Below, piece after piece: positions 45,801 to 55,514 of a DNA stretch of 64,000 bases (its first letter is position 1; every line of letters begins with the position of its first letter). The notes under the pieces were generated by a model, which had not been told where the DNA came from, ran no database searches, and saw nothing but the letters and a program-made list of their open reading frames with translations. The stretch covers positions 9,266 through 73,265 of the forward strand of contig CAYWHP010000006.1 in the NCBI GenBank assembly GCA_964457845.1. Direction: 5' to 3'. The stretch comes from an uncultured Porphyromonadaceae bacterium (GTDB taxonomy: Bacteria > Bacteroidota > Bacteroidia > Bacteroidales > UBA12481). The position numbers and the translations under genes were made by a program.

Positions 45801-48800
45801 ATGAATTTTTCAGGAATATTCATCAAGCGTCCCGTCCTTGCACTAGTGGTTTCTATCCTGATCGTACTTTTCGGCGTGATCGGCTTCACCTTCCTCGGTG
45901 TAAGGGAATACCCGAGTGTGGACCCGCCAACGGTAACCGTAAGTGCCTCTTATTCGGGAGCCAATGCAGAAATTATTGAGAGCCAGATCACCGAACCTCT
46001 TGAAGAGAGCATTAACGGGATTGCCGGTATCCGCACCCTGACGTCTTCATCGAGCGACGGGAGCAGCAGGATTACCGTAGAATTCCAGATCGGAACCGAT
46101 ATGGAAGCCGCCGCCAACGATGTACGCGACCGGGTTTCCCGGGCCATGCGGTCGTTGCCGCCCGATGTGGATCCGCCGCAGGTGGTAAAGTCAGATGCCG
46201 ACTCGAACCCGATATTCGGGTTGACCATCCAGAGTGACAAACGCAACCTCCTTCAGCTTTCCGAGATCGCCAATAACTTGTTTAAGGAACGACTACAGAC
46301 AACGCCTGGGGTAAGCGAGATCCGGATATGGGGCGAGAAGCGCTATTCGATCAAGCTGTTTATCGATCCTATTAAACTGGCAGGATATGGCCTGACGCCG
46401 TCGGACATCCGCGAAGCCGTATCGCGGGAGAACATCGAGCTTCCATCCGGTCGTGTTGAGGGCTACGGCACTGAGCTATCGGTACGTACGATCGGTCGCC
46501 TGAGTACCAAAGAGCAATTTGATAACCTGATTATCCGCGAATCTGAAGGAACGCTCGTGAAATTCCGTGACATCGGGCATGCCGAGCTGATGCCGGAAAA
46601 TGAAAAGACGGTGATGCGCGGAAACGGGAAGGTTCCGATGCTGGGGCTGGCCATCATCCCGCAGCCGGGCTCCAACCAGATAGCCATTGTGGATGAGGTG
46701 AAGAAACGACTCGAACTGATTAAAAGGGAGATGCCCGAAGACCTGACGGTCAGCGTTTCCAACGACACCACCCTATCGATCAGGAAAGCCATCACCGAGG
46801 TTGAAGAGACGATACTCATTGCATTTATGCTTGTGGTGCTAATCATCTTCCTGTTTTTCAGGGAGTGGCGAACCACAATCATCCCTGTTATTGCCATCCC
46901 GATATCGCTGGTCGGATCGTTCTTCATCATGTACCTTTCCGGTTACACGATTAACATACTCACTCTCCTCAGCATCGTATTGGCAACGGGGCTTGTGGTA
47001 GACGATGCGATTGTGGTGCTCGAGAATATTTACACCAAGATTGAAAAGGGCATGTCGCCGATGGAAGCCGGGTACAAAGGGTCGAAAGAGATCTTTTTTG
47101 CCATTTTATCGACCACCATTACGCTTGCAGCCGTTTTCCTTCCGATTATCTTCCTTCAGGGGCTTACCGGGAAGCTTTTCCGGGAATTCGGGGTTGTCAT
47201 GGCCGGCGCTGTGCTCATCTCGGCCTTTGTTTCGCTGACGCTGACCCCGATGCTCGCCTCTCACTGGCTGAAGCACACCGACCGCCACAACGCCTTTTAC
47301 CGGGCGACCGAACCTTTTTTCGTGGCTCTGATCGGTGGTTATAATCGTTCATTGCAGACATTTATACGTTTTCGCTGGATGGCCTTCATCATCATGGCCC
47401 TCTCCATCGGCCTGGTTGCATGGCTCTGGCCTCAGATACCGGGTGAACTTGCGCCGCTCGAGGACAAGGGAAGGCTTACCATTTCCTCCACGGCACCGGA
47501 AGGTGTTGCGTACGAAAAGATGGATGCGTACATGCAGCAGCTCGTCAGCATTGTGGACACGCTGCCCGAGAAGGAATCCTTCATGGGACTGACCGGTATG
47601 GGAGGATCCGGTTCCAACGGAGGTTTTATACGGATTACGCTCGTTCCACCTGAAGAGAGGGAGCGGTCGCAGCAGCAGATTGCCGATTATCTCAACGGTG
47701 TTCTGCGGCCTCTGACATTTGCCCGGAGCTTCGTAACACAAGAGCAGACCATCGGGGGAGGACGAAATTCCGGCTTGCCGGTTCAGGTAGTCATTCAGGC
47801 TACCAGTCTGGAGAAGCTCAGGGCTTCGATCCCGGCCTTTATGGAAAAGGCCCAGGCCAGCCAGATGTTCCAGGTGGTTGACCTGAACCTAAAGTTCAAC
47901 AAACCAGAGATGACGCTGCGTATCGATCGCGATCGGGCGAGAACACTGGGGCTCACCCTGCGGGATGTTGCAGAAACGCTTCAGCTGTTTTTTGGCGGAC
48001 AGCGGATGGGGTTCTTCATCTTAAACAGCAAGCAGTACCAGATCATCTGCCAGGCGGAGCGTCAATACCGCGACCAGCCCGTCGACCTGAGCACCGTTTA
48101 CATCCGCAACCGGCAAGGTCAGATGATTCAGCTCGACAACGTAGTAAAGATTGATTACGGAGTGAACCTGCCGACCCTTTACCGCTTTAACCGGTACATT
48201 TCGGCCACTGTATCCGCCTCGCCGGCACAGGGTTACACCCTTGGGCAAGGAATTGAGGAATTGCAGAAGATTGCGAAGGAGACACTGGATGACACGTTTA
48301 CCACTTCACTTACGGGTGTTTCCAGGGACTATGCCGAAAGCTCAAATACACTGATCTTTGCCTTCATCCTTGCCCTGGTGCTGATTTACCTTATTCTTTC
48401 GGCCCAGTTCGAGAGTTTCCGCGACCCGCTGGTGATCATGTTCACTGTACCGCTCGCCATTGCAGGGGCGCTCATCTCGCTGATCCTTTTCGCGCAGACA
48501 CTGAACATTTTCAGCCAGATCGGCATGATCATGCTGATCGGTATCGTCACCAAGAACGGGATCCTCATTGTGGAATTCGCCAATCAGAAAAAATACGCAG
48601 GCATGGACCTGAAGCAGTCGGCCGTTGAAGCCGCCACGCAGCGGTTCCGGCCAATCCTGATGACCAGTCTCGCAACCGTCCTTGGGGCCCTCCCGATAGC
48701 CCTTGCACTCGGAGCCGGTGCCAAAAGCCGGGTATCCATGGGTATTGTCATCATCGGCGGCCTCCTGTTTGCACTCGTGCTCACCTTGTACGTTATTCCC

Positions 48801-48857
48801 GCCCTCTACACCTATTTGTCGGGGACCAAGAAAAAATTCGCTTCACCGGAATCATGA
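45801..48857 (+). CDS. RND family efflux transporter permease (AcrB-like)
   Basis: 1018 aa. N terminus FIKRPVLALVVSILIVLFG, 12-TM organisation and GLVVDDAIVVLENI. Confidence 0.95.
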   Translation: MNFSGIFIKRPVLALVVSILIVLFGVIGFTFLGVREYPSVDPPTVTVSASYSGANAEIIESQITEPLEESINGIAGIRTLTSSSSDGSSRITVEFQIGTDMEAAANDVRDRVSRAMRSLPPDVDPPQVVKSDADSNPIFGLTIQSDKRNLLQLSEIANNLFKERLQTTPGVSEIRIWGEKRYSIKLFIDPIKLAGYGLTPSDIREAVSRENIELPSGRVEGYGTELSVRTIGRLSTKEQFDNLIIRESEGTLVKFRDIGHAELMPENEKTVMRGNGKVPMLGLAIIPQPGSNQIAIVDEVKKRLELIKREMPEDLTVSVSNDTTLSIRKAITEVEETILIAFMLVVLIIFLFFREWRTTIIPVIAIPISLVGSFFIMYLSGYTINILTLLSIVLATGLVVDDAIVVLENIYTKIEKGMSPMEAGYKGSKEIFFAILSTTITLAAVFLPIIFLQGLTGKLFREFGVVMAGAVLISAFVSLTLTPMLASHWLKHTDRHNAFYRATEPFFVALIGGYNRSLQTFIRFRWMAFIIMALSIGLVAWLWPQIPGELAPLEDKGRLTISSTAPEGVAYEKMDAYMQQLVSIVDTLPEKESFMGLTGMGGSGSNGGFIRITLVPPEERERSQQQIADYLNGVLRPLTFARSFVTQEQTIGGGRNSGLPVQVVIQATSLEKLRASIPAFMEKAQASQMFQVVDLNLKFNKPEMTLRIDRDRARTLGLTLRDVAETLQLFFGGQRMGFFILNSKQYQIICQAERQYRDQPVDLSTVYIRNRQGQMIQLDNVVKIDYGVNLPTLYRFNRYISATVSASPAQGYTLGQGIEELQKIAKETLDDTFTTSLTGVSRDYAESSNTLIFAFILALVLIYLILSAQFESFRDPLVIMFTVPLAIAGALISLILFAQTLNIFSQIGMIMLIGIVTKNGILIVEFANQKKYAGMDLKQSAVEAATQRFRPILMTSLATVLGALPIALALGAGAKSRVSMGIVIIGGLLFALVLTLYVIPALYTYLSGTKKKFASPES

Positions 48858-50161
48858 AAATTAAATTCATACCCTTACTGATCCCGGCCCTGTTTTCAGG
48901 AGCCGGAGTGGTGGCTCAGGACACGCTCAAGATCCAGGATGCCATTGTGATCGCCATGCAGGGCAATTACGACATCACGCTGGCAGTGAAAGACTCCCGC
49001 ATCGCGGAAATCAGCAACAGCCCCGGATCGGCCGGCATGCTCCCTACGCTCAGTCTCACAAGTGCAGCAAATACTGCACTCTACAATACCTACCAGATCT
49101 ATTTCGACGGTACGGAAAAAACCAGTCCGAATGCCCAGAACTACAACCTGAATGCGGGCGCCCAGCTTGGCTGGACTCTTTTCGACGGGTTTAACATGTT
49201 CATACAGAAAAACAAGCTGGATGAGCTTCAGAACCTCAGTCAGATCCAGCTGCAGTCGGTGGTGGAAAACACGGTTGCCGACGTAATACAGTCGTATTAC
49301 GCCATTGTAACGCAGGAAAAGATGGTGGATGTCTACCGTGAGGCTATGGCCATAACGAACGAAAGGAAGCGGATCGCCCAGGCGGGCATCCGGTTCGGAT
49401 CGAGTTCGGAGCTTTCGCTGCTGCAGGCCAGCGTGGATTATAATGCCGACAGTTCTGCCTATATTCAGCAGGTTAAAATGCTGCAAAACAATAAGGTGGA
49501 GCTGAACCGGCTGCTGTGCCGTGATCTGTTTACCGCCTTTGAAGTACGGCCGGAGATCCCGGTTGCCAGCGACCTCTTGTTTGAAAACCTCTGGCAGCAG
49601 GTGCTGGAGCAGAATCCTGATTTGCGCATGGCGCGAACAAGTTTAGGTTTGGCCATGCTCGACCGCAAGAGCGCCAACGCCACACTTTTTCCACGATTGA
49701 ACCTGACGTCGGGCTATACGTACAGCAACGCTCATTCGCAGGTGGGGATTACAAAAGAGAACCTATACCGCGGTTTCTCGATCGGGGTGAACGCCTCCTA
49801 CCCTATCTTCAACGGCTTCCAGAACAGCCAGAACCGCAGCAAGGCGCAGGTGCGGCTTGAGCAGGCCCGTATCGAGGCCGATCAAGCCGAACTTTACACC
49901 AAGGCACATCTTCAAAGGATTTATAACGATTACCAGACTAACCTGCAGCTATCGGATTTCGAGCAGGAAAATGTAAAACTTGCCATGCGAAACCTGACGA
50001 TCGCTCAGGAGAAATACCGGATTGGATCGGCCAACGATATTGAACTCAGGGAGACGCAGAAAAAACTGATGGACGCAGAGAATCGTTACCTCACTGCGCA
50101 GTACAGGAGCAAAGCCAGTGAGACCGAGCTGTTAAGGATGAGCGGGCAGCTGACAAGGTAA
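48854..50161 (+). CDS. TolC-like outer membrane efflux protein
   Basis: 435 aa with a signal peptide and duplicated coiled-coil/beta repeats. ATGA overlap with the RND gene. Confidence 0.85.
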   Translation: MKIKFIPLLIPALFSGAGVVAQDTLKIQDAIVIAMQGNYDITLAVKDSRIAEISNSPGSAGMLPTLSLTSAANTALYNTYQIYFDGTEKTSPNAQNYNLNAGAQLGWTLFDGFNMFIQKNKLDELQNLSQIQLQSVVENTVADVIQSYYAIVTQEKMVDVYREAMAITNERKRIAQAGIRFGSSSELSLLQASVDYNADSSAYIQQVKMLQNNKVELNRLLCRDLFTAFEVRPEIPVASDLLFENLWQQVLEQNPDLRMARTSLGLAMLDRKSANATLFPRLNLTSGYTYSNAHSQVGITKENLYRGFSIGVNASYPIFNGFQNSQNRSKAQVRLEQARIEADQAELYTKAHLQRIYNDYQTNLQLSDFEQENVKLAMRNLTIAQEKYRIGSANDIELRETQKKLMDAENRYLTAQYRSKASETELLRMSGQLTR

Positions 50162-50230
50162 TTGTGCTCGCCTGCGGCTCGCTAATTGTACTCGCCTGCT
50201 GCTCGCTAATTATGCTCGCTGCGCTCGCTA
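50161..50230. repeat. three tandem copies of a 22-24 bp unit (ATTGTRCTCGCCTGCKGCTCGCTA)
   Basis: Read directly: 50161-50184, 50185-50208 and 50209-50230. Confidence 0.9.
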
Positions 50231-50241
50231 ATTGGGAACCT

Positions 50242-50275
50242 GACAGAATCCTGACAAAGCCAGACAGAATCCTGA
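50242..50275. repeat. direct repeat GACAGAATCCTGA x2, start-to-start spacing 21 bp
   Basis: Exact 13-mers at 50242-50254 and 50263-50275, upstream of the sensor kinase gene. Confidence 0.9.
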
Positions 50276-50308
50276 ACAGGAATATGGGTTTTAAAGCGAT
50301 ATTTACGG

Positions 50309-52267
50309 TTGACAACCGAAATCAGCTTGAAACCTGGCAAAATCCGATCCCGCAAAAAGCGGATCATACTGCAATATTTCATCTGGGTAGTCTTTCCCGG
50401 TCTGATCCTGGGCTACATGGCCTATCGCGGGATCATGAACGACGAGGCCATCCGCGAAAAGGAGGGGCGCATCCGGATGGAATCGCTGAGCCGGAGTTTC
50501 TTTGGCGGCGTAGATTCCCTTCTGTACAGCATCACTGCAGCCGACAGTGCCGTACCCGCCGGCAACCTGGCTACCCGGCCGGCCGATCCTTCGGTAAGGA
50601 TGAGTTTCCTGGTGGAGACCGGTAACCCTCCGGAGCTGAGGCAACACAACCTCCTTTTCCTTCCCCCCGCCATTCCGGCCGGCGCGGAAGCCGATCCGCA
50701 GGATATTCCTACGGACTCGCTCATCCGCCTCCGTGCCCTTCTGAGCTTGGCCAGTGAGCAGAACCGGCTTGGCCGGTTCGAGGAGGCATGCACCACTTAC
50801 CGCACCATTCGCGACGAATATTCCTCCTTTACCACCGCAACCGCCTTCCCTCCTGGCCTTTCGGCCGGTCTCGAGCTGGCGAGGACCGAAAAAGCGGCCG
50901 GTAACAGGGCGGAGATGAAGGCGGCTATCATCTGGCTGCTCAAAAACCTGGCAAACAAGGGCATCCGGATCGAGGCGCCGGTATTTGACCTCCTGTTCAG
51001 CGCCGCAGCCGGCCTCGCAGGGGAGGCTGATCCCGCCATCGATTCCCTCGTAACGATGATCGGGTCACAAAAGGCGGAAACCAAATTCCTGCTGAAGATC
51101 CTTGCCAACCCGGAACTGATATCCGGAGCCGGCAATCCGGCAGGTTACACCCCGCTGAGCCGGATGAGCTGTTTTCCCCTGAACCGCAATGGCTTGGTTG
51201 CGGTATACAACCGCCCCGGCGATACACCGGGATCCATGGTTTATGTCATCAGCCTGGGAGAATTCCTTGCCGGTCATACCGCGGAACTGATCACGAACGC
51301 CCTTTCCACCGGAAGCACGGTATGGTCCATCCGTGATGCGGAAGGGAAATATGTTGCCGGATCGGATGATGCAACGGAGGGATTCTTCAGTATCGCTTTT
51401 CCCGATCATCTTCCCGGTTGGTCGCTTTGCCTCCGGGAAGTCCGCGAGGGCGGCCAGGCTGGCCTGCTTTTCGGAGACGGCAGTGTGTATGTACTTGTCT
51501 TTCTGTTTATTGTACTGATGATGATTTTCGGGCTCGTATTCACCCTCTACACATTCAACCAGGAAATCCAGCTGAACAAGCTAAAATCGGAATTCATATC
51601 CAACGTATCGCACGAATTGAAAAGTCCGCTCACCTCGATCCGGCAGCATGCCGAGCTCCTCACCCAGGAGCGCGTGGTCCCTGTGCAGAAGCCTGAATAT
51701 TACCAGATCATACTCGATCAGAGCGAGCACCTGAGCCATTTGGTGGAGAACATCCTCGATTTCTCGAGGATGGAAGACGACCGTAAGCGTTACCGGTTCG
51801 TTCCCACCGACCTGGGCGGGCTCGTTGAACGAACCGTTGCAGGGTTCAACACCAGGCAGATCGATCGCAAGCCGGTGGTACGGTATGCCGGCAAAAAAGA
51901 CCTGCCGGATGTCTGGATCGATGCAGAAAGTATGGAGCAGGCGCTCTACAACCTAACCGACAATGCCATCAAGTTCTCGGAAGGGGGCGGCACAGTTGAA
52001 GTTACTGTCGCTGCATCCAAGAGTCAGGTCGTCGTCAATATTGCGGATTCCGGGATCGGCATTTCTAAAAAGGACCTTCCGCATATTTTCGAGCGCTTTT
52101 ACCGCGGCGAGGAGGGACGCGAAAAGGGGATCAAGGGAAGCGGGATCGGCCTTACCCTCGTAAAGCGGATCGTTGAAGCGCATGGCGGCAACATCGGCGT
52201 GACAAGTAAACCCGGGGAAGGAACCGTGTTCAGTATACAATTGCCTATAAACCAGTCCGAAAAATGA
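50309..52267 (+). CDS. sensor histidine kinase with a large periplasmic domain
   Basis: TM1 (ILQYFIWVVFPGLILGYMAY), TM2 (VYVLVFLFIVLMMIFGLVFTLY), H-box SHELKSPLTSI, N-box LTDNAIKFS and G-boxes DSGIGI / GSGIGL. The TTG start is taken from the track and is uncertain. Confidence 0.85.
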   Translation: MTTEISLKPGKIRSRKKRIILQYFIWVVFPGLILGYMAYRGIMNDEAIREKEGRIRMESLSRSFFGGVDSLLYSITAADSAVPAGNLATRPADPSVRMSFLVETGNPPELRQHNLLFLPPAIPAGAEADPQDIPTDSLIRLRALLSLASEQNRLGRFEEACTTYRTIRDEYSSFTTATAFPPGLSAGLELARTEKAAGNRAEMKAAIIWLLKNLANKGIRIEAPVFDLLFSAAAGLAGEADPAIDSLVTMIGSQKAETKFLLKILANPELISGAGNPAGYTPLSRMSCFPLNRNGLVAVYNRPGDTPGSMVYVISLGEFLAGHTAELITNALSTGSTVWSIRDAEGKYVAGSDDATEGFFSIAFPDHLPGWSLCLREVREGGQAGLLFGDGSVYVLVFLFIVLMMIFGLVFTLYTFNQEIQLNKLKSEFISNVSHELKSPLTSIRQHAELLTQERVVPVQKPEYYQIILDQSEHLSHLVENILDFSRMEDDRKRYRFVPTDLGGLVERTVAGFNTRQIDRKPVVRYAGKKDLPDVWIDAESMEQALYNLTDNAIKFSEGGGTVEVTVAASKSQVVVNIADSGIGISKKDLPHIFERFYRGEEGREKGIKGSGIGLTLVKRIVEAHGGNIGVTSKPGEGTVFSIQLPINQSEK

Positions 52268-52953
52268 AAAAGATCCTGATTATCGAGGACGATCCCACCA
52301 TCCGTTCCGGCCTCTCGGATGACTTCCGGTTCGAGGGATACGAGGTAGAAGCGGTACGAACCGGCCGTGAGGGGCTTGCCAGAGGGCTTACCGGCCGGTT
52401 CGATCTTATCCTGCTCGACCTCATGCTGCCCGAGATGGGCGGACTTGATGTGTGCAGGGAACTGAGGAGCAAGCGGATCGGAACGCCCATCATCATGCTC
52501 ACCGCAAAGAGTCAGGACTTCGACATTGTGCTGGGGCTGGAGCTCGGGGCGGATGATTACGTTACCAAGCCGTTCAGTCCCTTCGAATTGCGTGCCCGGG
52601 TGAAGGCCATGCTTCGCAGGGCAGGCACGGATGCCGCCAGCGGTAGCCAGCCGGTTCTGGAATCGGGGCCTTTCCGCATCGATGAGGGCAGGTATGAATT
52701 CTATTTCAACGACCGGCTGGTCCATCTCACCTCCATCGAATTCGAGATCGTCAAGACCCTGATGGGCCGGAGCGGACAGGTGGTAAAGCGCGAAGATATG
52801 CTCAACCTGGCCTGGGGGAGTGACGTGCTGGTCACCCAGCGGTCCGTTGATACCCACATATCCAACATCAGGCGCAAGATCGGCGACGACGCCGATCAGC
52901 CCAGATGGATCATCAGCATCCGGGGGATCGGGTACAAACTGATTTCCGGCTGA
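52264..52953 (+). CDS. OmpR/PhoB-family response regulator
   Basis: ILIIEDD...LILLDLMLP...TAK receiver domain, plus a winged-helix output domain (VDTHISNIRRKI...IRGIGYKL). ATGA overlap with the kinase gene. Confidence 0.95.
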   Translation: MKKILIIEDDPTIRSGLSDDFRFEGYEVEAVRTGREGLARGLTGRFDLILLDLMLPEMGGLDVCRELRSKRIGTPIIMLTAKSQDFDIVLGLELGADDYVTKPFSPFELRARVKAMLRRAGTDAASGSQPVLESGPFRIDEGRYEFYFNDRLVHLTSIEFEIVKTLMGRSGQVVKREDMLNLAWGSDVLVTQRSVDTHISNIRRKIGDDADQPRWIISIRGIGYKLISG

Positions 52954-53042
52954 ACTCCACAAAACCCTGACACAGGTATGCTGAAACCTCAAACGGAGCC
53001 GGTTACGCCGGTTTACCTTTACCGGTAACAAATCAGGAAGCC

Positions 53043-55376
53043 ATGAAAACACGGTTTTTATTATCGATGCTCTTTTTCTGCCTGCTCGCCATACCGCTTT
53101 CGGCGCAGGAGAAAGATGCCACGAAACTGCTGTATGAAGCCATATACAACGAAGAGGTTGCCAACGACATGAAAAAGGCGGAGGAGTTATTGAACCTGAT
53201 CCTGAAGGATTGCACCGGGCACCGGCCGGAATGTGCCCGCGCACTTTACCATCTCGGACTGATCGCTGAAAGGAAGTCAGGGGGGCAAGGGAGCAAGAAG
53301 GCTGAAAGTTATTATGTGCAATTGATTGAAAGGTATCCGGACGTGGGCGAATACGCCGGTCTGGCGCGCACACGCCTGGCCAAACTCAAGGATGCCAACA
53401 CCTTTACCGATCCGCGCGATGGGCACAAATATCGCTGGGTGAAGATCGGCGGTCAGGTATGGATGGCCGAGAACCTCGCCTTCATGCCCTGGGTGAACCC
53501 TCCGAAGAAGCAGGAGTACGGCATCTGGGTATATGACTATGAAGGAGAGGATGTTGCCGAGGCAAAGGCCACCGAGAACTACCAGATGTACGGCTGCCTG
53601 TACGACTGGGCCACCGCGATGGCGCTGGAGCCGAAGTACCTCGAAGAGCGGTGGGGCGGCGACACGGTTGAGCATCAGGGCATCTGTCCTCCTGGATGGC
53701 ATTTGCCCACCGACGGTGAGTGGAAGGTGCTGGAGAAGGCGCTGGGGATGCCGGATTCGGTGGTAGAGCGCACTGATGACACGAGAGCTGGAGAAACCAA
53801 TGTCTACGCCGGTAATAATTACTATTTACCGCCGGTTGGTTCCTACCTGAAATCCGCTTCAGGGTGGTATCAGGAGGGAAATGGAACAAATTCTTCCGCT
53901 ATGAATGTTTTACCCGCAGGGACACGATTAAAATACTCCCAGTATTATCCCTGGAAGAATTTTGCAAATCTGGGATACGAAGCTCAATTCTGGACAGCTA
54001 ACGACAGTATTTGGGACCTCAATACAATATACTTTGACATCCGACCTTCTGCATTCCATAGAAGGCTAGATTCAAGGACGGTGGAAGTAGAGAGAGAATT
54101 CTGGACAGATCGGGCATTTGGACTATCGGTAAGGTGTGTCAGAAACAGTTCGATTAAACCTGAAGCCTTAACTGTTAATAAGTTAAATGATTTTTTGGCC
54201 TCACACCCCAAAAATATTTTGATTCAAACCCCAAACAGACAGTCCCCAATAAATTTGAAATTAATTGCTAAAACCAAAATTGCTTTCAATGACAATAAAC
54301 AGCAAATACCTACCTCGCAACAAAACAATCTCAGGTATAAGAAACTCTTTTGGCGTCGAGCCTTGATTTGCGTGGATGATAAGCTGGTTTTCGTTGCCGC
54401 CAACACTTCAGGCACCATTACAGCTCATGATATCAATACCTTAGACACAGTTTGGTCATTAAACACCGATGCTGAAATTAATGCCAGCGAATTTCTTGTT
54501 CAGGACAACCTGATCATTTTTCATAACACCAAAGAGCTCATGTGCCTTGATAAGCGAACGGGGGAAATGCTATGGAAAAGAGCTGGCAGGTTTTCAATCT
54601 ATCCGGCATCAATTACCAGTGATGCCTTTTTCACCTCAGCCGGCGATACTATTTTTTCTATCAACATACATAACGGCAAGGATAATTGGACTCACCGGGA
54701 GGTGGATAAAGGATTTGGAAAGCTGCTATTTGCGGATGGCATTTTGGTTTGCGCCATGTTCCACTCTAAAGACATACTTACCATTCGGACTGTCTTTGAA
54801 ACGGTCTATATTGAAAAGCCCGGCTTACTGGCCCTGAATGCCGAAACAGGTGATATAATCTGGCAGTTCAAATCATTCTACAACTTATGGCATTGCGCCT
54901 ATTCCAACGGGCTGGTATTTATTAAATCAAGTGACGCGGTAACTAACTCTAACATATTTGCGGTGAACATTAGGACGGGAAAAAAGGTTTGGTCAACCTA
55001 CTTGGGTGGTAGCATGTCTGTCGAACCTTTAACTGTGAAAGAAGGAAGACTGTATGGCTTTGCTGCGGTAAAAACAAACATGATGGTTTGTGTAAAGGAG
55101 GACGGCGATCTCCTCTGGAAGGCTGAAATACCTTCGGGATTTGGTCAAGGAAACAGGTACCCGGTTTACCATGACGAAAAGCTTTTCTCAATTTGTTTCA
55201 CCAACATCGAAAAAACAAGTGTCAGTTTATTTGCCCTCGATGCCCGATCGGGTTCTGAGATATCTTTTTTCGACCTCGAGGCTGAACCGATCACCTATCC
55301 GGAGTTTCGGGGCAACCGTATGTACATCGGCTGCACGGATGGCCTTCATGTGTACGAATATCCCGTAAAAAACTGA
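53043..55376 (+). CDS. secreted fusion protein: TPR-like N-terminal region, FISUMP (Fibrobacter succinogenes major paralogous) domain and a PQQ/BamB-like beta-propeller
   Basis: Signal peptide. FISUMP hallmarks: DPRDGHKYRWVKIGGQVWMAENL, YGCLYDW, CPPGWHLPTDGEW and GLSVRCVRN. The C-terminal ~400 aa has repeated W-containing blades (TVWSL, MLWKR, DNWTH, IIWQF, KVWST, LLWKA). Confidence 0.8.
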   Translation: MKTRFLLSMLFFCLLAIPLSAQEKDATKLLYEAIYNEEVANDMKKAEELLNLILKDCTGHRPECARALYHLGLIAERKSGGQGSKKAESYYVQLIERYPDVGEYAGLARTRLAKLKDANTFTDPRDGHKYRWVKIGGQVWMAENLAFMPWVNPPKKQEYGIWVYDYEGEDVAEAKATENYQMYGCLYDWATAMALEPKYLEERWGGDTVEHQGICPPGWHLPTDGEWKVLEKALGMPDSVVERTDDTRAGETNVYAGNNYYLPPVGSYLKSASGWYQEGNGTNSSAMNVLPAGTRLKYSQYYPWKNFANLGYEAQFWTANDSIWDLNTIYFDIRPSAFHRRLDSRTVEVEREFWTDRAFGLSVRCVRNSSIKPEALTVNKLNDFLASHPKNILIQTPNRQSPINLKLIAKTKIAFNDNKQQIPTSQQNNLRYKKLFWRRALICVDDKLVFVAANTSGTITAHDINTLDTVWSLNTDAEINASEFLVQDNLIIFHNTKELMCLDKRTGEMLWKRAGRFSIYPASITSDAFFTSAGDTIFSINIHNGKDNWTHREVDKGFGKLLFADGILVCAMFHSKDILTIRTVFETVYIEKPGLLALNAETGDIIWQFKSFYNLWHCAYSNGLVFIKSSDAVTNSNIFAVNIRTGKKVWSTYLGGSMSVEPLTVKEGRLYGFAAVKTNMMVCVKEDGDLLWKAEIPSGFGQGNRYPVYHDEKLFSICFTNIEKTSVSLFALDARSGSEISFFDLEAEPITYPEFRGNRMYIGCTDGLHVYEYPVKN

Positions 55377-55395
55377 CCGATAATCCGATGGATTG

Positions 55396-55432
55396 CCCCC
55401 CCTGCCGGAAGGAATGCCGGCGGGGGTTTTTT
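55396..55432 (+). terminator. rho-independent terminator
   Basis: CCCCCCTGCCGG-aaggaat-GCCGGCGGGGG followed by T6. Confidence 0.8.
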
Positions 55433-55514
55433 GTTTTGTGGGGAGATGAAACAGTGGAATGCCCGAAGCTCGAAGGTTTTCACAATTTGTGATACCAGTC
55501 AAATTTCTACAGTA

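Noticed and set aside
50161-50230. Possible CRISPR array
   Set aside because: The repeats are directly tandem with no unique spacers between them, there are only three units, and no cas genes are in the window.
50164-50625. 153-aa plus-strand ORF starting in the tandem repeats
   Set aside because: Its N terminus is the literal translation of the 24-bp repeats (LACGSLIVLACCSLIMLAA). The rest overlaps the sensor kinase gene out of frame.
52099-53373. 424-aa minus-strand ORF
   Set aside because: It is antisense to the kinase C terminus, the whole OmpR-type regulator gene and the start of the FISUMP gene. All three have clear motifs. The ORF's product is Pro/Arg/Gly-rich, typical of an antisense artefact.
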